64,000 nucleotides of DNA from Candidatus Woesearchaeota archaeon (GTDB lineage: Archaea; Nanobdellota; Nanobdellia; Woesearchaeales; GW2011-AR4): contig JACOUX010000057.1 in the NCBI GenBank assembly GCA_016177615.1, positions 1,553 to 65,552 of the forward strand. Direction: 5' to 3'. Positions 38,557 through 50,500 of this stretch are shown here, one piece after another (the first letter of the stretch is position 1; the number at the start of each line of letters is the position of its first letter). The notes under the pieces were generated by a model. That model was not told the DNA's origin. It made no database searches and saw nothing but the letters and a program-made list of their open reading frames with translations. Made by a program: the position numbers and the translations under genes.

Positions 38557-41500
38557 ATGAAAATTAATAAAGGGGAAAAAGAGTCGAGTTCATTTTTTTT
38601 TATATCGGCTGCATTGATATTGATAGCTGGCATATTCTTCTTTATGGGCTATTTTGATAATAGGCTTTCATCAATAACAAATAAAGTAGTGGCAGCTGGG
38701 GCTGTTACACCTACTGCAAATCTCTATGTCCGTGATGGCGGAACTGGTACGACGTGCACAGATTGGGGAGCAAACGCTTGTGATACTCTTCCAGCCATTC
38801 TCCAGCGAGGAGCGACGTACTATATCGCTGATGGCTTCTATGGCAGCTACACCTTTGATGATCCTGTTTCTGGGACACAACCGATTACCGTCAAAAAAGC
38901 CACCATTGCTGAGCATGGAACTGCCACCGGCTGGGATAATACTTATGGCGACGGAACTGCTGTTTTTAGTGGTATAACTTTTACTACTTCCTACTGGGTT
39001 TTTGATGGCGTAACAGGTGGGGGGACAAGCACCTGGAATTCCGGCAAGGCTACTTCAGGTTTTGGCTTTGAGGTTACGAGGACTCCTCCGAATGTCTGTG
39101 GGGACAATGGCAATCTGGTTACTTTAGGTGCGAGCGTTTCTAATATTATTATCAAACATGCCAATATTCATGCTGGCAGCAACAACTATCCCATAAATGG
39201 CATCAAAGGTACGAATGGAGCAAGTAACATCATTATTTCTGACAATGCCATTTACACAACCTTCGGGCCAGCATTCCATATCGGAACGTGGAGCAATGCG
39301 GTCATAGAACGAAACTACATAGCGGATGTGAGAAATACTGGCGCTACCGATCCGCGTGGCTTTTGCGCGAACTGGCACGCCGAAGGGATTTCCTCGATCG
39401 GCACCAACAACAACCTAACCGTCCGCCACAATCTCTGGGATCGGATCGACGGCACCGCGGTCATCGCCGGAGTTAATGTAGGTACCTCAAACAACTGGAA
39501 AGTATATGGCAACATATTCTCGCGGAGCGTTACCCCAATCTACTACTACTTTGAGCCATCGCCCGGTACGAACCGGCAGACGATGAATAATCTCGAGTTT
39601 TACAACAACAACATCGTCAATATGCTCGGGGGTTCCCAAGGAGGCATTATGATCCAATCCGGCTCCAATAACCGAATTTACAACAATATCTGGTACAACA
39701 ATATTGCGAACTCTTTCGCCATATCCGGGACGCACGATTACAATTTCTTCTCTGATAACCGAAGAACCGAGGGCTGCAACCCCGCCTGCGACAAGGACGC
39801 GGAAGGCGCTGCCGGCGAAGCCAATGCCCAGACTTCATCCGGCGATCCTTTCGCCGGCGGCAGCAACGTGGATCCTTTGACCGGTAATTTCCATTTAAAG
39901 TCAGCCACCAATCGGGGAACTTCTCTGCCTTCACCCTATGATGTTGATCCAGATAACGCTATCCGCGGCGTTGATGGTGTGTGGGACAGAGGAGCGTATG
40001 AATATGTTCCTTCTACTTTGCGCATTTACTATGTTGCCCAGGCAGGGAATGATGCTAATCCAGGCACTTTATCACAACCATGGAAAACCATTCAGAAAGC
40101 GGCAAACACGGTGCAGGCCGGCGACACAGTCATTGTGAGCGCAGGAACGTACAACGAGCGTGTCACTTTTTCTGCTGGCCATTCCGGCAGCGCCGGCAAG
40201 AAGATCACTTTCATCGCCTCTCCGCTCAAGTCCGTGATCATGCAGGGATTTGACACCACCAACGCCAACTACCTGCGCATCGAGGGCTTCAATATCACCG
40301 GTTCGCCGCCGTGGTGGAAAGGCGGCGGCGTGTGGCTGTCAAGCAACAACGTGGAGATTGTCGGGAATTATTTTTATGATTTGATCGGCGCGGGGGTATT
40401 AACGTTCTGGGACCAGAATAAGCTGCTGCAGAATACCTACATAGCCAACAACCACATTTATCACTCCGGAGCAGGGATTTATGCCGTTGGTAATAACGTG
40501 CTTGTAGAAAACAATGAAGTGGAGCGGTTGTATACCCAAGCAGGCAGTCCGGATGCGGATTACGCGCGCTTTTTTGGCAGCAATATCACTTTCAGAAATA
40601 ATTTTTTCCATGGCACGCAGGAAAACGAAACCGGTGCGTCGCACGTTGATTGTTTCCAGACGTATGACGTCAATGGGGAATATGCCCAGCACGTTCTGAT
40701 AGAAAACAATGCCTGCTATAACTACGATCAAGGGCTGATGGTGAGTACCGCCAAATACCGCAATAGCTATGACTTTACGTTACGAAATAACGTCTTTGCC
40801 CACTCCCTAGCATGGGGGCTGTCGGTCTATGCTGTTACTGATGTCAAGGTCTACAACAATGTGTTTGCGGACGTGAAGTATCACGGCGTGGGATTCGGTG
40901 CGGGCGCGACGGGAGAAGTAAAAAACAATATCTTTTATAATGCCGGCAGCAATTACTGGGCAGACGCCGAGACCAATGCCACCGTGACCGGCGGCTACAA
41001 CATTCTCTATCCCGAACACTACCCCTGGTTCAAAACAGCAACGGATATTATCAAAGACCCGCTGTTTGTGGATGCGGCCAATGATAATTTTCATCTCAAA
41101 AGCAATTCGCCTGCAATTAATGCGGGAACGGTTATAAGCGAGTTTAATTATGACAAAGATGGCACCTCCCGCCTCCAAGGCACGGCATGGGACATCGGAG
41201 CGTATGAATATGCCACAGGAGCTCCACCAACCGCCACCTATTACATCCGAAGCGGCGCGACTGGTTTGACCTGTGCTGACTGGGGAGCCAATGCCTGCAA
41301 TGCATTGCCTGCAACTCTCCAGAGAGGAGCCATCTATTATATCGCTGATGGCAGCTATGGTTCATATACATTCGACGATCCGGTTTCAGGAACACAAACC
41401 ATTACCATAAAAAAAGCGACTGTTGCAGAGCACGGCACGAGCACAGGATGGTCAGACTCTTACGGCGACGGCACAGCCGCATGGGGAGCCGTGACGTTCA

Positions 41501-44500
41501 GCACCTCATACTGGGTTTTTGATGGCGCTACAGGCGGCGGGCATGGATCGTGGACATCAGGACATGGCTTTACGTTTTCCTCGCCTGCGGGAACTAATGT
41601 CGCTTACGTCAGCCTTCCAGACGGAGTTTCAAATATCATCGTCCGGCATTCCTCATTTACCCAGACTGGCAACACTGAAGCAACGACTATTGGTGCGCAT
41701 GCATTTTACGCTCCTGGCACACTCAGCAATTCCCTATTTGAATATAACTACTTCGAGAACTTGGGTGGGTTGCCATTTCTCTTCCGAAATGGGGCTGGCA
41801 ACGTAATTCAATACAACTGGTTGGGGAACATCTGCGGTCAAAGCGTAGCAGATGTAAATCAGCACTGCGAGGCACTGGTGTTGTGGGACATGGATGACGT
41901 GCATTTCCGGTGGAACTATATCGGAGAGTCACCGTCCAGCGGCGGATTCGTCAAAAACGCCAATCCAACATCTGACTCGATTCGCATCTATGGCAACGTC
42001 TTTCGCAATGGTTTTCCAATTAACTGCAACACAGGACCCTGCACCAATTGGCGCATCTTCAACAACGCTTTTGTCACTGGCATTACTGGACCGCTTGGCG
42101 GAGATGGAGCCCGCTCCGGATTTTTGGTTTACAACAATATCATTCGCAATGCCAACGTGGCATCGTTAGGTGGCACGCACGACTACAACTGGTACAGCGC
42201 TGTTACTGGCACTAGCTGCAGCATGCAGTCAAGCGCTCACGAAAACGTTAACAAATTGTATCCCGGTAATTGCGACACGGTCACTGAGACGCTCAATCCA
42301 TTCGTTAACATAAATGGAGCGACTCCAGAGTCTTTGAAACTGGCTAATCCACTGAGCGGCAATCCTGGAACAGATGTTTGCGCTCTGGACTCGTGTACCG
42401 GGAATAAGTTTTATAATCTCGATGCATTCGGAAACATCCGCGGCGCTGACGGTGTGTGGGATAGAGGAGCATACGAATACACTGGCTCTTCCCCGCTCTC
42501 ACCGCCAGCAGGCACGTTCTACATACGCGATGGAGCTACTGGCACAACATGCACTGACTGGGGAGCAAATGCTTGTGATACTCTTCCAGCCATTCTCCAG
42601 CGAGGAGCGACGTACTACATCGCTGATGGCTCCTATGGTAGCTACACCTTTGATGATCCTGTTTCTGGGACACAAACCATTACCATCAAAAAGGCCACTC
42701 TCGCGGATCATGGGACGAATACAGGATGGCAATCGAGTTATGGCGACGGCGTGGCGTCCTTTTCAGGCATCAGGTTTTCCACCCCCTACTATACCTTTGA
42801 TGGTGTAGTTGGGTCGGGTAAGACCGGACATGGTTTCGAAGTCCAACCCAGTTCGCCCGCTGACGCTATAGTTTTGTCAGGAAACGTGAACAACATCGTT
42901 TTCAGACACATCAATGCTCACATATATAACGAAGGTACAGCGAAGACTTCCATGACGACATTTACCATGATCCTCAAGGCAACAACCGGCACGACAAATA
43001 ACATCATAATAGAAGACTCCTATTTCCATCACGTTTTCGGATGCCAAATGCAGGTTGTCGGCGCCAACAATTGGATTATTCAGAACAATTATATGTCTAA
43101 TCAAAGGTCTACGGCAGAGCAGCATGCTGCACTCTGGTGTGACCAGTCAAGCGACAACGTGATATTCAGAAATAATATGTTTGTGGATATTGAAGGAACG
43201 TCTTTCATTGACTTAATCGAGGGACCGGATACAGCAAATGGATTCAAAATCTACAACAACTTATTTTGGCACTCCAATAGCAACCCGTGGGGGGCGTCTG
43301 TTTCAGGAGTCATTACAGTCGCCAATGATGCTTCCAATGCCAGGACTGCGACCAACTGGGAGATTTACGGGAATTCAATAGTCAATATAAAAGGCAGGAG
43401 CGCTATTGACATTGCATCAGGAAGCGGGAACGATGTCAAAAACAATTATTGGTTCTGTAACCGACAAGATGATTCCTATACTAACTATATGTTCATTTCT
43501 GGTGCTGCATCTAGTTACAATTATTATTCAGCATGTGCGCATCCGTACTCCTTCAGTAGCGGTACTGGAGAACCTGTCCTTTTGGATGGTCCTAACAGCA
43601 AACTGTCCGCAAATTCAACCAATCCATTCATGGATTGGCCTAACGGCGATTTCACATTAAGAACAGCAACCTGGTCGGGCGCCAACTTACCTTCTCCGTA
43701 CAATACAGACTTGCTTGGCAACATCCGCGGCGCCGACGGTGTATGGGACAGGGGCGCATACGAATTTGCTGGTGGAGCAACACCGCCTCCGCCTTCTTCT
43801 AGGAACTGGTACTTGCGATCGGGTGCCACGGGCAACGGGTCATCGTGGACAAACGCATGGGGCAGCGTGGGCAGCATTGCTTGGAGCTCGATCCAGCCAG
43901 GGGACACGCTTTGGATTGCCGGCGGAACTTACGGCAGTCTGGTCGTCGGCAAAAGCGGAAATGCCGATACGGATGCCGGACGCATATTTATCAAGCGCGC
44001 GACACAGTCTGCTCACGGCTCAGACACGGGCTGGAGTTCATCCTATGATTCACAGGTGGTTTTTGCGAGCATTTCCTGGACCTCACCCAATGTCGGAAGC
44101 TACGTCACCGTAGATGGTCAAGTGGACAGCGGAATAAGAGTGGCAACCAGAGCAACCGGAGGAAGAGAGGGAACAGCAGTTTTTATCGGACGAGGGCAAA
44201 ACTACATCACTCTTAGGAACATGGAAATGGCCGGCCCATGCGGCTCGACTCCGTGTATGCAGGGCGGCGATAATCGCGCTCTTTCAACGACGGCTTGGAG
44301 CGGCTCTTCTTATGAGTTAGTGGATAATCTGAAAGTACAATATTCAAAGATTCATGGGGCCTGTACGAACATCTGGCTGATGAATGCGGATAATGCCATT
44401 CTCGAGTACAACGAAATCTACAATTCCCATGCCACTGATACGGTACCTTGTCATCCAAATGTTGTGGCCACTTCTCAATCCAGCAATGTCATATTTCGCT

Positions 44501-47500
44501 ACAACAAGGTGCACGACTACGCGACAGAGGGAATAATGATGCTCTCGGGCAATTCTGGAACATGGTACGTTTATGGAAATCTCTGGTACGCGGGCACGGG
44601 ATATGCGAGGGTGCTGGAGTCACAAGACGGAACAAATGGGCCAGTTTATTTTTATGGCAATACGATGGTGGACTTACAGCAAAGCGTCAGAACTGCTAAC
44701 AATGGGGTTTGGCATTCTGCTTCGCAAGGCAGAAATAACATTTATTGGAATGCCAGCAGTCCCGGTCTGCCGAGCGAAAGCAACAATATAGTTGGCAGCG
44801 GGAGCAGTTCGCCTTTCGTCAATTATGCGGGAAGGGATTATCATCTCACGTCAACTTCAGCCGCTCGAAACGCAGGTGCTACCCTAACCAATGACGGGTT
44901 CATCAATAAAGATCTCGAAGGCAATACCCGCGGCGCCGATGGCGCCTGGGACATCGGGGCGTATGAATATATCAGTTCTGGAATACCTCCTCTAGCCGAC
45001 AACGCCTCACTCACCCTCTTCGACGACTTCGGGAGCACTACCCTTGATTCAGCCTGGCTTTTTACCGATCCTCTGCTAAACTCCAATTTCTCCCTCATGG
45101 CAAATCCAGGGCATCTCCAAGTTAATGTTCCCGCAGGCTCAACTCATGACTGCTGGCCGGGAACCAGTAATTGCGTGCGAATGCTACGGAGCGTGAACAA
45201 TGCAGATGCAGTCTACGAAACCAAGATTGATGGCGTCAACATAGGTGCGTCCTACCAAACATATGGCATCATGCTCTCCCAGGACAGCGCTAACTATCTC
45301 CGCTTCGAGTTTTGGAACGGCGGGTCAGGAGCACAGCCATCGGTTTGGAGAATCATCGGTGGATCTGGATCAAACGTAATCCTAGCGCCCGCAACTACTT
45401 TGGGTTCTTCCAACTATATTCGCGTAACAAGAACCGGTTCTGTCTTCCAACTTGACTACAGTACTAACGGCATGACCTGGACAACGGCCGGCTCATTTAC
45501 CCAAAGCGGATTTACCGTTAACCAAGCCGGTGTCTATGTTATCAATGCCGGAGCTAATCCGGCGACCACTGGGAATTTTGATTATTTTTCGGTGGCTCAA
45601 TTTACACCGCCTCCTCCCACCGATACCACCCCGCCAGTCGTCAGATCCTTTGTCATCCCCGCTACTGCCACCTCACTCACTGTCCCCATCACCGCCTTCA
45701 CCGCCACGGATAATGTCGCGGTGACCGGCTATCTCATAACCGAGACCGCCACTGCCCCGGCTGCCACTGCCACTGGCTGGACTGCCTCGGCTCCTGCTTC
45801 CTACACATTTGCTTCGGCTGGCGCCAAGACGCTTTATGCCTGGGCCAAGGATGCGGCGGGAAAAGTATCAGCACAATCAGCAAGTGCCTCTGCCACAACG
45901 CTTGCTTTGCCTCCATCTGGCGATATTCCTTTTGCTTCTGTCACCATTGACGCAAACAATCCGGTTGACCCTCATAATAAAGCCGTTGGCGATATCAATG
46001 GAGACGGGTTCGTGGATGTGCTGGCAGCCGGCAGTAGTTCAAGCGGCCTTTATTGGTATGAGTATCCCAGCTGGACCAAGCGTCTCATTGCTTCCGGAGC
46101 GTTTACGACTGATATGGAGACAGGAGATATTGATGGTGACGGCGATGTAGACGTTGTCATTCCTAATGGATTAGGCCTGATGTGGTATAAAAATCCCAGA
46201 CCTCTGGGTAACCCGGCCACTGATGCTTGGACACCCGTTAACATCGGGGGAGCCGGCGCCAATAATCATGATGTTGAACTTGCGGATTTGAATAAAGATG
46301 GGAAACTTGACGTTGTGAGCCGCCCCAAAGGTGGCGGAGCCACCAACGTCTGGCTCCAAAATACTCCCACCTCTTGGACGCGAGTCGTTGCAAGCACTAG
46401 AGCAGGTGAGGGCACTGCGCTTGGCGATATCGATGGGGACGGAGATGTCGATATTGCCCATAACGGGTTCTGGCTCGAGAATCTAGGCAACGGCGCTTCT
46501 TGGTCAGAACGTAACATTGATGTGAATTGGCCCTTGGATGTTGGGGTGCATATCGCTGATATCAACAAAGACGGCCGCAATGATGTCGTGCTGGCACCAT
46601 CCGAAAGCGGCGGACGGTTTTCGTGGTATGAGTCCATCAATCCCAAAACTGGGCCATGGACTGAACACGCGATCAGTAGCACGATTTCATACGCCCACAC
46701 CTTTAAATCCGCAGACATGGACAAAGACGGCAAGTTGGATCTGGTGACGGCGGAAATGCACCAGTCCAGTAACGATGAGGTGAGTGTTTGGCGCAATAAT
46801 GGCGGGGGTCTTTCCTGGACGAAACAAGTGGTGGTCAACACAGGGTCACATAACTTACGACTGGCTGACATTGGCAATGATGGGGATATCGATATTGTTG
46901 GCGCCAATTGGAACGACGCCGCTCCCGATTCAGCGATTATTCGCATGTGGCGAAACGATTTGAACTCCAAGTCGACGCTGGATAGTTGGCAGCGGTCTGT
47001 GGCGGATGTCGCCAAGCCCGCCAGAGCTGTTTTTATTCGATCAGCTGATTTAGACAGTGACGGCAAAAAGGATCTCGTGACGGGTGGTTGGTGGTATAAA
47101 AACCCAGGCACTCTCTCTGGTGGCTGGACAAGAAAGACCATTGGTGCCCCGCTTAATAATATAGCAGTGATATACGACTTTGATTCTGACGGCGATCTGG
47201 ATCTCTTGGGCACCCAAGGAGTTGGCAGTGATGTCAATAACCGGTTTGCTTGGGCGCGTAACGACGGCAAGGGTAATTTTACCGTCTTGACCAACATCGC
47301 TACCGGAGGCAGCGGCGATTTCTTGCAAGGAGCGGTCGCAGGCCGGTTCTCAAGCGCTGGATCGATTCAAGTGGCCCTGTCCTGGCATAACGGCGGAGGC
47401 GGGGTTCAGATGCTGACGGTGCCTGCCGACCCCTCGACGACTACCTGGACCTGGAAAGTGATTTCAACGACTTCCCAAGACGAGGACTTATCGGCCGGCG

Positions 47501-50500
47501 ACATTGATCGTGATGGCGATTTGGATCTGCTGTTGGGCACTCAATGGCTGCACAATGATGGCAGTAGCTGGACACCGCTTACCCTCTTTTCTACCACTGC
47601 TTCTCCGGATCGCAATCGCCTGTCTGACATTAATCGCGACGGACGGCTGGATTCAGTAGTCGGGTACGAGGCTATCAGTGTGTTTGGAAAGCTTGCTTGG
47701 TATGAGCAGCCGCTTAATCCTACTAACGCTTGGACTGAACATGTGATCGCTAATGTGATAGGTCCTATGAGTTTGGACGTAGCAGATATGGATTTTGACG
47801 GTGACCTGGATGTCGTTGTGGGAGAGCATAATTTAGCTAATTCCGCTAGCGCCAAACTTTATGTTTTTGAAAATGTTGACACAATAGGCGGAACGTGGAG
47901 TTCACACGTCGTCTATACGGGAGATGAGCATCATGACGGAACCCAAGTGGCCGATCTGGATAGTGATGGTGATCCAGACATCTATTCTATCGGCTGGAAT
48001 AATAATCAGCTAACGGTTTATGAGAACAAAGCTACAGTCGCTATTCTTCCTCCACTTACTCCCACTCCCAATAATTTTTATGTTCGACCAAAGGGAAATG
48101 TTTATGGTTCTGGAAATGGTTTGGACTGGAACAACGCATGGTCCGACGTAACCGCAATCAATTGGAACGCCGTCTCGGCTGGAGACACGATCTGGATCGC
48201 CGGAGGCAGCTACGGTGTCCTGACTATTGGCAAAAGCGGTACGGCAGGGAATCCAATCAAGATATACCGGGTTCGTGCGACTGACCCTGTGCCGACTTCA
48301 GCAGCAGGGTGGAGCGCCTCCTATGATTCCACGGTCACGATGGTTCGGGTTGTCAGCGAAAGCCGCAGCTATTGGACCCTTGACGGGCGGGTGCCCCACA
48401 TCGGGATATCTGTGGTGAATCCCTCGCTGACTTCACACGGCGTCTACCTTGGTACTAGCAACTGGAGCGGCATCACCCTGACGAATTTGTTGCTTTCTGG
48501 GCCGGTGCCAGATAACACCATTTCCGGAGTGACAGAGCAAATAAGAGCGATCCACTACAACGGTTATCAAGGATCTGGCAGCGGACTCACTGTCAGTTAC
48601 TCAACTCTGGAGAAATATCCCAATCTTGCATTGCTTATCAACATAAACAATGTGCTCATCGAGCATAACAAATTTCAGAAGAACTACAGGGGATCAGGCA
48701 GCGTACACCCCGGTGTGATGTCTGTCATAGGCCTGACAAATGTCAAATTTCGCTTCAACGAGATAACGGAATGGCAGGCCGAAGGCATTATGATGGATTT
48801 CATCGGTGCCGGTGACGCCGTTAATGACAATTGGGACATATACGGCAATCTATGGCATGACAGTATCGCTGGGTCGACCAACAATATACTTACTGCTCAA
48901 TACAAGCCCCAGACCAACATTCGCTTGTACAGCAATACCGTCGTAAATTCCTGGCTTGGTATTATTGTAGGGAATGGAGGTTCCTGGGCAAGCAGTAGCA
49001 TAAGCAGAAATAATCTTATCTACTTTGCTCAGACGTACACGACTCTGGACTTTCCCGGCGGGGATAATGATTACAACTATGGCAATGCGCCGGCGAGGGG
49101 CGCTCATTCCATATCGAATCTGAGCAGCAACGTGTTCGCAAATTACGCTGGGCGTGATTATCGCATTGTCTCCACGATTGGTGCGGGCTATCCACGAGAT
49201 AAGGGAGTTGCCCTAGGATCATTGTACGGTGTGGATTTTGCGGGCAACACGAGGATTGGTGCTTGGGACATTGGGGCGTATGAATATACTGGCATTACAC
49301 CTCTGGTTGACACAACTCCGCCTATAGTTACTTCGTTTAGCATTCCGTCAACATCTAACTCTCTTACTGTTCCAATTTCTTTATTTACTGCGACTGATAA
49401 TGTCGCTGTGACCGGCTACCTTGTAACCGAGACTGCAACCGCGCCTGCTGCCAGTGCTGCGGGCTGGACTGCATCGGCCCCTCCTTCCTATACGTTCTCT
49501 TCTGCTGGCGCAAAGACACTCTACGCGTGGGCCAAGGATGCGGCTGGCAAGGTGTCGGCGAGCGCAAGCCGTTCTGTAACCATTACATTACCGCCGGAAA
49601 CCTGGAAAACTTATTATGTAGATTACGACTCCGGCTCTGATTCCAATAACGGATTATCGGCATCTGCGCCATGGAAGCATGCGCCTGGCGATAGCAATGC
49701 AGTTGGAAATCCCAAATCAAAGGTTCTCGCTGCCGGAGATACCGTGCTTTTCAAGGGCAGCGTGAAGTATCAGGGAAGCATTGCGCTGGACGGCAGATAT
49801 GCGTTTGGTGCCACAGGAAACCCGATCACCCTCAAGGGAGATGGCTGGGGAAGCGGTAAAGCTGTTATAGATGGCTCTGAACCGATCACCGCTGCTTTCA
49901 AAAAGTGCCAGTCCTCGGCCCAGTGCGCTGGCAATCCCAACTGGAACAGCATGTACTACGCGGACATCGGCAGCGGCTACACATTTGAGACAGGATTTTA
50001 TGAAGACGATAATTTCCTTTGGTATGCGCAGGATCCGAATCCTACTGACCCATTCAATTACGACCGCAGAGATTCCATGAGGGTTATTCCAAAAGGAAGC
50101 ACAACCATCACACAAACACGAACGTCCATTACTGATCCTACGTACTTTACCCAAAGCGACCCGGCATTTTGGAACAGCGCCTATGTCATTGCCTGGCGCG
50201 TGCCCAACGTGATGTCGATCAAAAAGATCACCGGGTACAACCCCGCAACGCGCACCATCTCCCATGAAGATCTCGGTGGCGATCTTTACGACCACACAAG
50301 CTACGATAGCTATTATGCCATTCTCAACCACCCTTCTGTCATTAATGCGGAGCGCGAATACAGCTACGACCAGCCAACGGGCAGGTTCTACCTCTGGCCC
50401 AAGGGAGGAGATATCAGCGGGCATACCTACAGCGTACGAAAGCAGAGCGCTGGCATCTATGCCAATTCGGTGAAGAATCTCGTCATTGAAGGATTTGGTG

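Noticed and set aside
46266-47297. Long antisense ORFs inside the giant gene. Examples are 46266-47297 (343 aa), 49717-50820 (367 aa) and many of 60-160 aa.
   Set aside because: They lie entirely within the 17.3-kb sense ORF. Their products are low-complexity (S/P/L/R-rich) and have no motifs. GC-rich DNA depletes stop codons in the antisense frames, which explains them.Treated as artefacts.
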